64,000 nt of DNA from Clostridia bacterium (GCA_045631485.1 JAZQUU010000028.1:241-64240), one strand, 5' to 3'; shown: positions 20,655 to 31,493, counted from the first letter of the stretch. The notes: generated from the sequence alone by a model not told the origin. Program-made: numbers and translations.

Positions 20655-21695
20655 TTGGATATTTCAATAGTTGATAAAAATTTTACCATCCAGCATCACA
20701 TTGCCAAAGAGGATATCCGATTCTACTCGGCAGATGAAAAACCATTTCAGATTTACGGAGTATTTCGTGATGGTGAAAAATATCGTCGTATGCCGGAGGA
20801 AGTAGCAAAAAGTGTTAGCGTTGAGGTGCATTTTCTGCACGCCAACACGGCGGGGGGGAGAATCCGTTTTGTGACGGACAGCACCTATGTTGCTATCAAT
20901 GCAAAAATGGACAGGCTCGGAAAAATGCCTCATTTTGCATATACCGGTTCTATCGGCTTTGATTTGTATGCAGACAACCGATACTATAAAACTTTTGTGC
21001 CTCCTATGGATATTACCGACGGCTACGAAAGTGTGATGGAATTTCCCACGAAGGAAACCAGAGAAATTACAATTAATTTCCCCTTATACAGTAATGTAAA
21101 TGAACTTTATATCGGGTTGCAGGAAGATGCAATCTTAGAAAAGGCATCACCGTATCAAAATGAGAAACCCTTTGTATATTATGGTTCTTCTATCACCCAA
21201 GGTGGTTGCGCATCCCGTCCCGGTATGAGTTATCAAAGCATTATTTCCAGAAGATTTCATTGCGATTTTGTGAACCTTGGATTTTCAGGAAGTGCATTGG
21301 CAGAAGACGAAATGATTGATTATGTTAAGAATCTGGAAATGTCTTTATTTGTATATGCTTATGACCATAATGCTCCGAATGTTGAACATTTAAAAAATAC
21401 ACACGAAAAGATGTTTCAGGCGGTCCGCAAGACACATCCTGATATACCAATTATCATTTTGTCAAGACCCAAACACATTTTGTCACAAGAAGAAGAAATG
21501 CGACGGGATATGATTGAGAAAACCTATCAGAATGCGAAATTAAATGGTGATAAAAATGTTTATTTTATCAGCGGAAAAGAACTGACAGCATTTTGCCGTG
21601 ACGAGGGAACCGTCGATGGTGTTCATCCCACAGATTACGGATTCTCATCCATTGCCAAGGTGTTGGGAGATGTGATTGAGGGAATCGGTTGCTGA
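20655..21695 (+). CDS. SGNH/GDSL hydrolase (probable carbohydrate esterase) with N-terminal GxDLY-type domain
   Basis: YGSSITQG (catalytic Ser block), GFDLY, DGVHP; TTG start after AGAGGGG. Confidence 0.85.
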   Translation: MDISIVDKNFTIQHHIAKEDIRFYSADEKPFQIYGVFRDGEKYRRMPEEVAKSVSVEVHFLHANTAGGRIRFVTDSTYVAINAKMDRLGKMPHFAYTGSIGFDLYADNRYYKTFVPPMDITDGYESVMEFPTKETREITINFPLYSNVNELYIGLQEDAILEKASPYQNEKPFVYYGSSITQGGCASRPGMSYQSIISRRFHCDFVNLGFSGSALAEDEMIDYVKNLEMSLFVYAYDHNAPNVEHLKNTHEKMFQAVRKTHPDIPIIILSRPKHILSQEEEMRRDMIEKTYQNAKLNGDKNVYFISGKELTAFCRDEGTVDGVHPTDYGFSSIAKVLGDVIEGIGC

Positions 21696-21726
21696 TAAGA
21701 GCAACCAGATAAAAGGAGAATTTATT

Positions 21727-22626
21727 ATGAAATTGGCAACAACTACCAGTGATTTTTCTGCATATACCACCAATTCCATAAAAGCAATGGAGTATATAGC
21801 TCAAGCGGGATTTCGTTACATTGATTATAACTTTTGTGTGGATTACAATCACAAAACAGGATTTTTTGGAACCGATGATAGTCATCTCAACAAAGTAAAA
21901 GAAAAGGCAAGTGAATTGGGTGTGTCGTTTGTTCAGGCACACGCTCCTTTTTATAGTTTTATTTTTGACGGGGATATTGTGCCGCTAATTGAAGCAACTA
22001 TTCGATGTGTAAAGGCGTGTGCTGCATTGGAAATTCCTGTGTTAGTGGTTCACACAGGATATCAGAGAAATATCTCAAAAGAAGAGAATTTCCAAAAAAA
22101 CAAAGTGTTCTTTACACCTATTTTAGAAGCAGGAAAACAGTATGGCGTGAAAATTTTGGCAGAAAATTTCAATAAAATGGAATTTTCAGATATTTATTGG
22201 ATAGATAATGCCACCGATTTAAAAGAATTTATTGATTTTATGGATCACCCGAATCTGTTTGCTGTATGGGATGCGGGACATGCAAATCTGCAAGAGATGT
22301 CTCAAAAGGAAGAACTGGAAAAACTGGGAGATAAGGTGTTGGCACTTCATATCCACGATAATTTTGGCAATGATGATCAGCACGTTCCTCCGTTTTACGG
22401 AACCATGAGTCCCGACTCTTTAATGGAAGGGCTTCTTTCAATCGGTTACCGGGGATATTTTACATTTGAGGCAGAAAACGTATTTTTTCGGTGGAATCAT
22501 CGCCGGGTAGGAGAGGCAGAACCTAAACTGCAAATGCCGCCCCTTTCTTTAAGAATTCAAGCGGAAGCATTTTTATATCAGATTGGAAAAACCATTTTAG
22601 AAGCATATGATTGCTTTGAAGAATAG
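21727..22626 (+). CDS. Sugar phosphate isomerase/epimerase (xylose isomerase-like TIM barrel)
   Basis: Metal-binding motifs AENF, WDAGH, HIHDN and FEAE; ATG 21727 after AAGGAGA. Confidence 0.85.
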   Translation: MKLATTTSDFSAYTTNSIKAMEYIAQAGFRYIDYNFCVDYNHKTGFFGTDDSHLNKVKEKASELGVSFVQAHAPFYSFIFDGDIVPLIEATIRCVKACAALEIPVLVVHTGYQRNISKEENFQKNKVFFTPILEAGKQYGVKILAENFNKMEFSDIYWIDNATDLKEFIDFMDHPNLFAVWDAGHANLQEMSQKEELEKLGDKVLALHIHDNFGNDDQHVPPFYGTMSPDSLMEGLLSIGYRGYFTFEAENVFFRWNHRRVGEAEPKLQMPPLSLRIQAEAFLYQIGKTILEAYDCFEE

Positions 22627-22653
22627 ATTGTTCGTTGCAAAAAGGAGAAAACA

Positions 22654-24366
22654 ATGAAACTGATACCATATCCTAAAACAGTTGAAATCAAAGACGGATT
22701 TTTACAGTCTAAAACCATTTTTGTAAAAGATATGCCTAAGGATGAACGAATCGTTCACGCAATGAAACATTTTTCTTTAGCTGAAGATGGCATTACCCTT
22801 GAAATTTCAATGGGAGACAGTGTGAGCGAAGCGTACAGTATCACCGTTTTATCTGATAAGATTTCTGTGGTATCTCAAGGGGCTGCAGGTGCATTTTATG
22901 CATTACAGACCTTGCGTCAGTTGTTTACGGAAGAAATGGTTCCCTGTTGCTATATTGAGGATGAACCTGATTTTATGCATCGTGGTTTTTATCATGACGT
23001 AACAAGAGGAAAAGTGCCTACTGTAGCAACCATAAAACGCCTGATTGACGATATGGCATATTATAAACTGAATTCCTTGCAGTTATATGTGGAGCATACC
23101 TTTGAATTTCAAGAGTTTGCTGACAGCATCGAAAAAACAGGTTATCTTTCTGCGCAGGAAATTCAGGAGCTTGACCATTACTGCCGGCTGAATTTTATTG
23201 ATTTTATTCCTTCTATTGCTACCTTCGGACATTTATATGAACTATTGGAAAAAGACAAATACCGTCATCTGCAGGAAATTGATGATTTCAAAAGTAGTGA
23301 ATTTTTCTGGGAAAACAGAATGCTGCATCATACCATTGATCCTACCTGCGAAGAAAGCTTTGAAATTGTAAAAAGCTTGATTGACCAGTATATTGTTAAT
23401 TTCTCATCGGATACCTTTAACATCTGTTGTGATGAAACCTTCGATTTGAAGAAAGGAAAACATAAAGATGAAGATACCGGCAGACTGTATCTTGATTTTG
23501 TAACCAAAATTATCAAGTATCTGCAGGGCAAGGGAAAAACTGTAATGATGTGGGCAGACATTCTGCTCAACCATCCTGAACAGATTGAAAATATCCCGGA
23601 AGATGTGCAACTGTTAAACTGGGATTATTGGGGAAATCCCAACGAAGAAACTTTCCGCACCATTCAGAATTCCAACCGTACACAAATTGTATGTCCGGGG
23701 ACAAGCACCTGGAGCAGGCTGTGTGAAGATTATGAGTTGGAAATTATCAATATTACCAAAATGGTGGACTACGGTTACCAATACGGTGCAAAAGGTGTTT
23801 TAAACACCAACTGGGGCGATTGGGGGAATCCGTGTAGTTTAGAACTGGGGATGTTTGGTATGGTGTTTGGTGCAGCGAAATCCTGGAATGTGAAAACTGC
23901 GGTGGATGATGATTACCGTAAGAGCGTGGATTGGTTGCTGTATGAACAGGAAAATGGTTGTCAGTTTGTGAAGCGCTTATCTGATTTGGTATCCAAAATC
24001 AACTGGAATGAACTTGCAAAATGCTACGGCAATATTTTAAATAACAACACAGCATATGAAATCGCATATCCCAAGGAAGAAGATGTGGTATATACCATCG
24101 GGGAAAGTGCGAAATTGATTGAAGATATTTTATCTTGTAAATGGCAGAAACCAGAGTACCACGACGAATTGGTTTTGGCAACTGAAGGCGTTGCTTTGAT
24201 GGCAGAACTGTTTGGTTTGCTGGCGGGTTACAAACTTAAACGAAAGACTGACACCAAAGAATGGTTAAAGAAGTATCGTGAAAAATGGTTTCAAAAAAAT
24301 AAAGCGAGTGAATATCACGAAATTGAAAAGATGTTTATCACAATTGATAACGGATTGACTAATTAG
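22654..24366 (+). CDS. GH20 beta-N-acetylhexosaminidase-like protein
   Basis: HRGFYHDVTRGKVP and catalytic NICCDE motif; no signal peptide. Confidence 0.85.
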   Translation: MKLIPYPKTVEIKDGFLQSKTIFVKDMPKDERIVHAMKHFSLAEDGITLEISMGDSVSEAYSITVLSDKISVVSQGAAGAFYALQTLRQLFTEEMVPCCYIEDEPDFMHRGFYHDVTRGKVPTVATIKRLIDDMAYYKLNSLQLYVEHTFEFQEFADSIEKTGYLSAQEIQELDHYCRLNFIDFIPSIATFGHLYELLEKDKYRHLQEIDDFKSSEFFWENRMLHHTIDPTCEESFEIVKSLIDQYIVNFSSDTFNICCDETFDLKKGKHKDEDTGRLYLDFVTKIIKYLQGKGKTVMMWADILLNHPEQIENIPEDVQLLNWDYWGNPNEETFRTIQNSNRTQIVCPGTSTWSRLCEDYELEIINITKMVDYGYQYGAKGVLNTNWGDWGNPCSLELGMFGMVFGAAKSWNVKTAVDDDYRKSVDWLLYEQENGCQFVKRLSDLVSKINWNELAKCYGNILNNNTAYEIAYPKEEDVVYTIGESAKLIEDILSCKWQKPEYHDELVLATEGVALMAELFGLLAGYKLKRKTDTKEWLKKYREKWFQKNKASEYHEIEKMFITIDNGLTN

Positions 24367-24393
24367 TGATAAAATTGGCGATTCCAATGGGGA

Positions 24394-27123
24394 ATGATTA
24401 TGGATTTTAAGGTGATTGATAAAAAATACAGACCGATTCCATTCTGGAGTTGGAATGAAAAATTAGATGTGAAAGAAACTGCAGAACAAGTGCACAAAAT
24501 GAACGATGTGGGTATCGGTGGTTTCTTTATGCATGCCCGTGGTGGACTTCAGAGTGAATATATGGGAGAGGAATGGTTTGATAACGTTTCTTCTGCAGTA
24601 GAAGCTGCTGAAGAAAATGGTATGGGTGCCTGGGCATATGATGAAAATGGTTGGCCGAGTGGTTTTGGCAACGGTTATGTAAATCAAAAAGGGGTAGCAT
24701 ATCAGCAGAAATATTTAAGAATTTCAAAAATCAAACCTCAGAACAACTGCATTGCAAAATGCGGAGCACATTGGTTTTATTATGATGTGAATCCTTTTTA
24801 TGTGGACGTACTGGATAAAAAGGTGGTTGCTGAATTTATTGATTATGCATACCGTCCGTATTATGAAAAATACGGTAATCGTATTGAAGGATTCTTCACA
24901 GACGAACCTCAGATTTCCAGAAGCGGAATTCCCTGGAGTTTTGTATATGAAGAAGAATATCAGAAGCGGTATCAGGAAAATATCCACGAACATTTGGAAG
25001 AACTTTTTTTATCGGTTGGTGATTATAAAAACACCCGTGTAAAATTCTGGAAAATGGTGACAGACCTTTTTTCAGAAAACTTTGTAAAACAAGTATATGA
25101 CCAATGTAATGAATGGGGACTAAAAATTACAGGTCACTTGGTATTGGAAGAGAATCTTTTGATTCAGCTGACTGCCAATGGCGCTTGTATGCCTCATTAT
25201 GAATATATGCACATTCCCGGTATGGATTGGTTAGGCAGGGATATTTACGATTGTCTGACTCCTATGCAAGTTTCTTCAGTTTGCGACCAGTTGGGAATCA
25301 AACAGATTCTTTCTGAAACCTTTGCATTAAGTGGGCATAACATCAGCTTTCAGGAATTGAAAGGAATCTACGAATGGCAGATGGTGCATGGCATCAACCT
25401 TTTATGCCAGCATCTGCAGGGATATTCCATCCGTGGAATCAGAAAAAGAGACTATCCTCCAGCGATGTATTGTCAGCAACCTTGGTGGAGTGAATACAGA
25501 TCTTTTATGGATGCAATGTCCAGGATCGGAATGGTGTTGACGGAAAGTAAAAAAACAGCTGATATTCTTGTGATTCATCCGCAGACAACCGCGTGGTCAC
25601 TTTATGATGGAAAACCCACAGAAGATACTAAATATGAAGAAATTGAGCAGGTGAATCAAAAACTCTTAACCATCATGAAAGAGTTGGAGAAAAAACACGT
25701 TTTATATCATTTGGGTGATGAAACGATTATGGAGCGTCACGCAAAAGTGGAAAACGGAAAATTAGTTATCGGCGAACAGCAATATGCTTATGTGATTGAT
25801 TCCGCTTGTGACATTTTGTTGCCCGATACCCAAGAACTATTGAAACAGTTTGTTAAGCAGGGTGGCAAGATTGTTACTGTAGACCAATTGGACTGTAATC
25901 CTGTTTGCGACAATTCTGAAATTACTTATGTAAAACGAAACAATGAAAAATTCACGGTTCACTATTTTGTAAACACTTCCGGTGATAGAAAAACGGCAAA
26001 TATCAATGTGAGCGGGAAAAAACTGGATATTTATACCGGAGATCTTATCTTATTCTCCAAACACTATGAGTTTGAACCTTGGGGAAGCTTGTTGGTGATC
26101 GAAGATGAGGAACCTTATGAGAAAACAAAGCAGGAAACCGTTATTACCTTAGAGGGTGATTTTTCAATTGTTAAGCCCGTGCAAAATGCAATCACTCTGG
26201 ATTATTGTGATTACTATTTTGATGGTGTTTTGAAGGAGAAAAACGGCTATGTTTTAAACATTTGCGAGCGTGCCAACACTTTGGAAAGACCGGTGCAAAT
26301 TCATCAGGATTATTTTGTTGACATCCAATATATTCCTGAAGAATTGTTTTTAGTGTGTGAAACACCGGAGCAGTTTGATATTCGTGTGAACGGACAGTTG
26401 ATTCTCCCCGCAGTCAGCGGATATTATTTAGACAAAAGTTTCAAAAAAATAGAGATATCAAAACACCTTCAATTAGGTAAAAATACCATTTCCTTTGATT
26501 GCAATTTCCGTCAGAACGAGGAGTTTTATCAAAACAGACGACGAGCGTTTGAGTTTGAAACTGAAAAAAATAAGTTGGTTTATGATATGGAAATCGAATC
26601 CATCTATCTTTTTGGGAATTTCTCTGTCAGAACAGACGGAGAATGGGAAAATCTGGATAAAAATGCTGTACGATACAGAGGAGCGTTTTCCATTGATGCT
26701 CCCAAAGAACAGGTGAATATCAAAAACATCGAACAGCAAGGTTATCCCTTTTTCTCAGGAGAAATGTGCCTTTCGGGTGAAATTCTGATTGACGGAGAAA
26801 ATCCTGTTTTAGAGATTGACTGGAAAGGTATCAATGCCGTGAAGGTGAAAATCGGAGAGAAAGAAAAGGTTATGCTCACAGATAATCGGTTATCTCTTTT
26901 GGATTTTGGTGTATCGGGAAAAACAAAAATTGAGCTTACTCTTGTAAATAATTTAAGAAATATCTTGGGTCCTCATCACTTAGCGATTGGAGAAAGTTAT
27001 TTCGTGTGTCCGTCTTCGTTTTTTAAAGAAGAGTGTATCTGGGCACCGAATCCCGAAGAATGGGATGATGGTTATTGCTTTGTGGAAACTGGTATTTCAT
27101 CTTTTAAAAGGAGCAAACTATGA
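24394..27123 (+). CDS. GH106-like (alpha-L-rhamnosidase-related) glycoside hydrolase
   Basis: N-terminal YRPIPFWSWN, GGFFMHARGGL, YDENGWPSG and FFTDEP motifs typical of this group. Confidence 0.7.
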   Translation: MIMDFKVIDKKYRPIPFWSWNEKLDVKETAEQVHKMNDVGIGGFFMHARGGLQSEYMGEEWFDNVSSAVEAAEENGMGAWAYDENGWPSGFGNGYVNQKGVAYQQKYLRISKIKPQNNCIAKCGAHWFYYDVNPFYVDVLDKKVVAEFIDYAYRPYYEKYGNRIEGFFTDEPQISRSGIPWSFVYEEEYQKRYQENIHEHLEELFLSVGDYKNTRVKFWKMVTDLFSENFVKQVYDQCNEWGLKITGHLVLEENLLIQLTANGACMPHYEYMHIPGMDWLGRDIYDCLTPMQVSSVCDQLGIKQILSETFALSGHNISFQELKGIYEWQMVHGINLLCQHLQGYSIRGIRKRDYPPAMYCQQPWWSEYRSFMDAMSRIGMVLTESKKTADILVIHPQTTAWSLYDGKPTEDTKYEEIEQVNQKLLTIMKELEKKHVLYHLGDETIMERHAKVENGKLVIGEQQYAYVIDSACDILLPDTQELLKQFVKQGGKIVTVDQLDCNPVCDNSEITYVKRNNEKFTVHYFVNTSGDRKTANINVSGKKLDIYTGDLILFSKHYEFEPWGSLLVIEDEEPYEKTKQETVITLEGDFSIVKPVQNAITLDYCDYYFDGVLKEKNGYVLNICERANTLERPVQIHQDYFVDIQYIPEELFLVCETPEQFDIRVNGQLILPAVSGYYLDKSFKKIEISKHLQLGKNTISFDCNFRQNEEFYQNRRRAFEFETEKNKLVYDMEIESIYLFGNFSVRTDGEWENLDKNAVRYRGAFSIDAPKEQVNIKNIEQQGYPFFSGEMCLSGEILIDGENPVLEIDWKGINAVKVKIGEKEKVMLTDNRLSLLDFGVSGKTKIELTLVNNLRNILGPHHLAIGESYFVCPSSFFKEECIWAPNPEEWDDGYCFVETGISSFKRSKL

Positions 27124-28568
27124 AAATTTATAAATTCCCTAACGAATACGAAAAAAAATCAACTCAATATCAGGTTTGTTGCGACGACCAACCTATTGAT
27201 GTTTATTCTTGTGATGTTTCAGCTGTTCCTTTTAATCAGGTCTGGCCGGGATATCAGCGTCCGAAAAATCAAACAGAGGAATCCGCTTATGTGATGTTTT
27301 CTTCCAACGATTCTGTTTCTTTGGAGATAGAACCGAAGGGAAGTTTTAACAAGGTAACCGTTCGTCCGCTGTCAAAAAATATTCAGACGGATATCATCGG
27401 TGGGAAAGTGAAGGTCTCTTTTCCGGGATGCGGTCAGTATACTGTGGAATTTGATGACTCTCATCACACGCTTCATGTGTTTATCAACCTTGAAAAAGAA
27501 TTGTTGGCGAATGCACAGGATGAAGATGTTTTGTATTTTGCACCCGGTGTACACTATCTGAAAGAGAGACTCTCTTTGCAGGATGGTCAAACTGTTTTGA
27601 TAGACGAAGGTGCTGTGTTATATGGTGCGATCGAAGCAATTGATAAAAAGGATATTAAAATTATCGGATATGGTATCATCGATAACAGTTATATGGAACG
27701 AGGAGACGAAATCAACGGATGTGCTGCTTTGGCACCGGATACCGATATCGATTTAGGGAACCCCATATTTTTAAATCGCTGTCAGAATGTTCTGATTGAG
27801 GGTGTCACCATCGTTAATTCATCAGGTTGGAGCATTTTTCTTGATGGTTGTTCTAATGTGACGGTGGATAACATCAAACTGATTGGAATGTGGCGCTACA
27901 ATGCAGACGGATGCGATTTTTGTAATTGTACTAATTCACGGATCCAAAACAGTTTCTTGCGCAACTTCGACGATTGCATTGTGGTAAAGGGATTTAAGCT
28001 GAATAATCATTTGCCCGTAGAAAATATTCTGGCGCAAAATTGCGTGCTGTGGTGTGATTGGGGCAGAAATCTGGAAGTTGGAGCAGAAACCAGTGCACCG
28101 TATATGAAAAATATTGTGTTCAGAGATTGCGATATTATCCACGGATGCCATGTGATGATGGATATCCAGCATGGGGATAAGGCAGCAGTTAGCGATGTTC
28201 ATTTTGAAGATATTCGAATCGAATATCAGAGTGAAGCAGATTGTCCGATGCTTCAGGAAAATTGCGAGATGGTTTATCACAATGCAGACAGTTCTCATAT
28301 GCCCATTTTGTTTGAGGTTATTGCCGGTTCAACCATGTGGTCAATTGACGAACAGTCCGGAATGTTAAAGGACGTGTATTTTAAAAACATTACCGTAACA
28401 ACAGAAGACGGACGTCTTCCCATCAATCCTAAAGTTTTTATTCGCGATGGCGAAAATAAAATTGATGGTGTTTTTATCGAAAATATTATCGTGAACGGCG
28501 AGAAACAAGATGCAACAAGCTTGAAACTGACTGTTGATGCAGCAGTTAAAAATGTTGCTTGGAAATAA
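27120..28568 (+). CDS. GH28-like / pectin-lyase-fold beta-helix hydrolase
   Basis: Parallel beta-helix repeats; NADGCD and DDCIVVK motifs resemble GH28 catalytic Asp motifs; ATGA overlap. Confidence 0.7.
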   Translation: MKIYKFPNEYEKKSTQYQVCCDDQPIDVYSCDVSAVPFNQVWPGYQRPKNQTEESAYVMFSSNDSVSLEIEPKGSFNKVTVRPLSKNIQTDIIGGKVKVSFPGCGQYTVEFDDSHHTLHVFINLEKELLANAQDEDVLYFAPGVHYLKERLSLQDGQTVLIDEGAVLYGAIEAIDKKDIKIIGYGIIDNSYMERGDEINGCAALAPDTDIDLGNPIFLNRCQNVLIEGVTIVNSSGWSIFLDGCSNVTVDNIKLIGMWRYNADGCDFCNCTNSRIQNSFLRNFDDCIVVKGFKLNNHLPVENILAQNCVLWCDWGRNLEVGAETSAPYMKNIVFRDCDIIHGCHVMMDIQHGDKAAVSDVHFEDIRIEYQSEADCPMLQENCEMVYHNADSSHMPILFEVIAGSTMWSIDEQSGMLKDVYFKNITVTTEDGRLPINPKVFIRDGENKIDGVFIENIIVNGEKQDATSLKLTVDAAVKNVAWK

Positions 28569-28590
28569 GGAATATATCAGGGAGAAAATG

Positions 28591-29841
28591 ATGATGACAA
28601 GATATGAATCCGCAAAACAAATCTATGCAAAATTAGGCGTAGATACCGATTTAGCAATCAACAAATTAAAAGAAATTCCTGTGGCACTTCATTGTTGGCA
28701 GGGGGATGATGTAAACGGCTTTGATTCCGAAGGTCCCTTAACCGGCGGCATCCAGACCACCGGAAACTATCCCGGCAAAGCAAGAACTCCTGAAGAGTTA
28801 ATGCAGGATATGGACAAGGTAATGTCTTTATGTCCCGGGAAAAAGAAACTGAATATTCACGCATGCTATGCCATTTTTGAAGATGGCGAATATGCAGACA
28901 GAGATAAAATTGAACCCAAACATTTTGCCAAATGGGTGGAATTTGCCAAAGAAAGAAATATGGGAATCGATTTTAACCCCACTTTCTTCTCTCATCCCAA
29001 AGTAAAAGACGGTCTGACTTTGTCCAGTCCTGATGAAGCAACCAGAAAATTCTGGATTGACCACGGTAAAGCGTGCGTTCGTATTTCTCAGTATTTTGCA
29101 GAAGAAACCGGCGTTCCTTGTGTGATGAACATCTGGATTGGCGACGGTTTTAAGGATATCCCTGCGGACAGAATGGGGCCCAGAATCCGTTATAAAGAAT
29201 CTATTGAAGAAATTCTGTCCGAACCCTTTGATAAAAACCTGGTGAAACCTTGTGTGGAATCCAAAGTGTTTGGTATCGGGGTAGAAGCATACACGGCAGG
29301 TAGCGCAGAATTTGCATTGACTTATGCGGCAACCCACGAAGGTTGTCTGCCCTTAATGGATAACGGACATTATCATCCCACCGAAGTGGTATCCGATAAA
29401 ATTCCTGCCTTGCTGGCATTCTTCCCTGAAATTGCACTACATATCACCAGACCCATTCGTTGGGACAGTGACCACGTGGTGTTATTTGATGATGAAACCA
29501 GAGAAATGGCAAAGGAAATCGTAAGATGTGATGGCTTAGACAGAGTGTATATGGCACTTGACTATTTTGATGCATCCATCAACAGAATTTCCGCATGGAC
29601 AGTAGGGTTCAGAAACTGGCAGAAAGCATTGCTGAATGCTCTATGTACACCTAATGATCTGTTGAAAAAACTTCAGGATGAAAACAAGCTAACAGAACTT
29701 ATGGTTATGCAGGAAGAATTAAAAACATTTCCGTTTGGTGATGTTTGGGATGAATATTTAAAACAGTGTAATGTTCCTGATGGAGAAGAGTGCCTGAGTG
29801 TTATCAAGGCGTACGAAAACGATGTTTTATTGAAGAGATAG
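28591..29841 (+). CDS. rhaA: L-rhamnose isomerase
   Basis: LHCWQGDDV, DFNPTFFSHP, ESKVFGIG, DNGHYHPTE and RPIRWDSDHV motifs. Exact start uncertain among ATG 28588/28591/28594. Confidence 0.95.
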   Translation: MMTRYESAKQIYAKLGVDTDLAINKLKEIPVALHCWQGDDVNGFDSEGPLTGGIQTTGNYPGKARTPEELMQDMDKVMSLCPGKKKLNIHACYAIFEDGEYADRDKIEPKHFAKWVEFAKERNMGIDFNPTFFSHPKVKDGLTLSSPDEATRKFWIDHGKACVRISQYFAEETGVPCVMNIWIGDGFKDIPADRMGPRIRYKESIEEILSEPFDKNLVKPCVESKVFGIGVEAYTAGSAEFALTYAATHEGCLPLMDNGHYHPTEVVSDKIPALLAFFPEIALHITRPIRWDSDHVVLFDDETREMAKEIVRCDGLDRVYMALDYFDASINRISAWTVGFRNWQKALLNALCTPNDLLKKLQDENKLTELMVMQEELKTFPFGDVWDEYLKQCNVPDGEECLSVIKAYENDVLLKR

Positions 29842-29968
29842 AAGATATATACAGGTATAACGATAACTAAAATCAAACGATTATCGCAACACATCTGAGT
29901 TACTTTTGGATACATAATTTGAAATATGGATTATGTATAGGTTACAAATTGAAAAGAGGCTTTGAGAT

Positions 29969-31186
29969 ATGGAAAATATCAGTGGGATGTACAGTATTAG
30001 GGAAATATATCGGATGGGTAGAGGCCCGTCAAGTTCTCACACCATGGGACCAAGCGCCGCTTGTGAACTGATGCTTTCGGATTATCCCCAGGCAGATACC
30101 TTTCGTATAGTGTTATACGGTTCCCTGGCAAAAACAGGTATCGGACACAGAACGGATTATGCCATTAGAGAAACCTTGAAAAATAAGATATGTGAGATTG
30201 TGTTTGATGAAGAAACAACTGATCTTCTGCATCCGAACACCATGGATATTACGGCATTAAAAGATGGAAAAGTGCTTTACAAAAAAACGGCGTTGAGTGT
30301 GGGTGGCGGTGCGATTTTGTTTGTGGGCGAACCCATCAAGGAGTCGGAGCTTGTTTATGAACATACAGAGTTTTCAGAAATTGAGAACTATTGTATGAAG
30401 CACGGCATATCTCTTGCGGACTATGTTTTTTCCTTTGAAGATGAAACTATCAAAGAATATTTATCAAACGTCTGGGAACAGATGAAAGCAACAGTTAGGT
30501 CGGGACTTTCCAAAGAAGAAATTCTCCCCGGCGGACTTAATATCAAAAGAAAAGCAAAAATGCTGATTCAAAAAGGAAATTCCAAGCCATTCGGACACGA
30601 AAAAGAAATCTATTTACTATCTGCTTATGCCTACGCAGCCAGCGAGGAAAACGCATCCGGAGAAAAGATGGTAACAGCCCCAACTTGCGGAGCATCGGGA
30701 GTGCTTCCCGCAGTTTTAATCTGCAAACAACGGGAATTAGGTTTTTCCGATGATAAAATTATAGAAGCATTAGCTGTGGCAGGCTTGATTGGCAATCTTG
30801 TGAAGAAAAACGCATCCATCAGCGGTGCAGAGTGCGGTTGTCAGGCAGAGGTTGGTACCGCTTGTATGATGGCAGCGGCGGCATTGGCATACTTAAAAGG
30901 ATGCGGTATCAAACAAATCGAATGTGCAGCAGAAATTGCATTAGAACATCATTTGGGACTCACTTGTGACCCGATCAAAGGATTGGTGCAGATTCCCTGT
31001 ATTGAACGAAATGCCGTAGCGGCAATGCGGGCAGTGGATGCAGTATCTTTAGCACAGATGCTTTATGAAAACAGAAAAATATCCCTGGATATGGTAATCA
31101 AAACAATGTATGAAACCGGAAGAGATTTGTCTTGCCGTTATCGGGAAACCTCGGAAGGTGGACTTGCAAGAATATATCAACCCTGA
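29969..31186 (+). CDS. sdaA: L-serine ammonia-lyase, Fe-S dependent, single-chain
   Basis: GPSSSHTMGP, VTAPTCGASG, SGAECGCQAEVG, LGLTCDP and QIPCIERNA motifs. Confidence 0.93.
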   Translation: MENISGMYSIREIYRMGRGPSSSHTMGPSAACELMLSDYPQADTFRIVLYGSLAKTGIGHRTDYAIRETLKNKICEIVFDEETTDLLHPNTMDITALKDGKVLYKKTALSVGGGAILFVGEPIKESELVYEHTEFSEIENYCMKHGISLADYVFSFEDETIKEYLSNVWEQMKATVRSGLSKEEILPGGLNIKRKAKMLIQKGNSKPFGHEKEIYLLSAYAYAASEENASGEKMVTAPTCGASGVLPAVLICKQRELGFSDDKIIEALAVAGLIGNLVKKNASISGAECGCQAEVGTACMMAAAALAYLKGCGIKQIECAAEIALEHHLGLTCDPIKGLVQIPCIERNAVAAMRAVDAVSLAQMLYENRKISLDMVIKTMYETGRDLSCRYRETSEGGLARIYQP

Positions 31187-31229
31187 CACATATTGAGAAA
31201 TATGATACAATGCCATCGAGGTGATTAAG

Positions 31230-31493
31230 ATGCCAAGACATGCACGGCGAAAAAGCACAACAGGTTTTTATCATATTTTATTAAGAGGTGTTGGACGTCA
31301 GAATATTTTTGTGGACGAAGAGGATAAGCAAAGATTTTTTGAAACAATAGCAAGATATAAGCAGGAGATTCATTTTGAATTACATGCATATTGTTTTATG
31401 TGAAATCATGTTCATCTCTTAATGAAAGACACAACAGACCATCTTGATCAAATAATGAAGAAAATTGCCGGTAGTTATGCATATTATTTCAAT
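31230..31493 (+). pseudogene. HUH (Y1) transposase of RAYT/IS200-like type, with nonsense codon and 3' truncation
   Basis: MPRHARRKSTTGFYHILLRG...YCFM*NHVHLL...SYAYYFN. In-frame TGA at 31401-31403 lies just before the HUH motif; homology appears to end at ~31493. Confidence 0.85.

Noticed and set aside
29969-31186. sdaA as part of the glycan pathway
   Set aside because: It is separated from rhaA by ~130 nt with no evident functional link; treated as independent cargo.
31401-31403. Selenocysteine or recoded TGA in the transposase
   Set aside because: The position is not a conserved Cys in Y1 transposases, the gene is also truncated, and TGA is used as a normal stop elsewhere (e.g. 31186, 41850, 45256).
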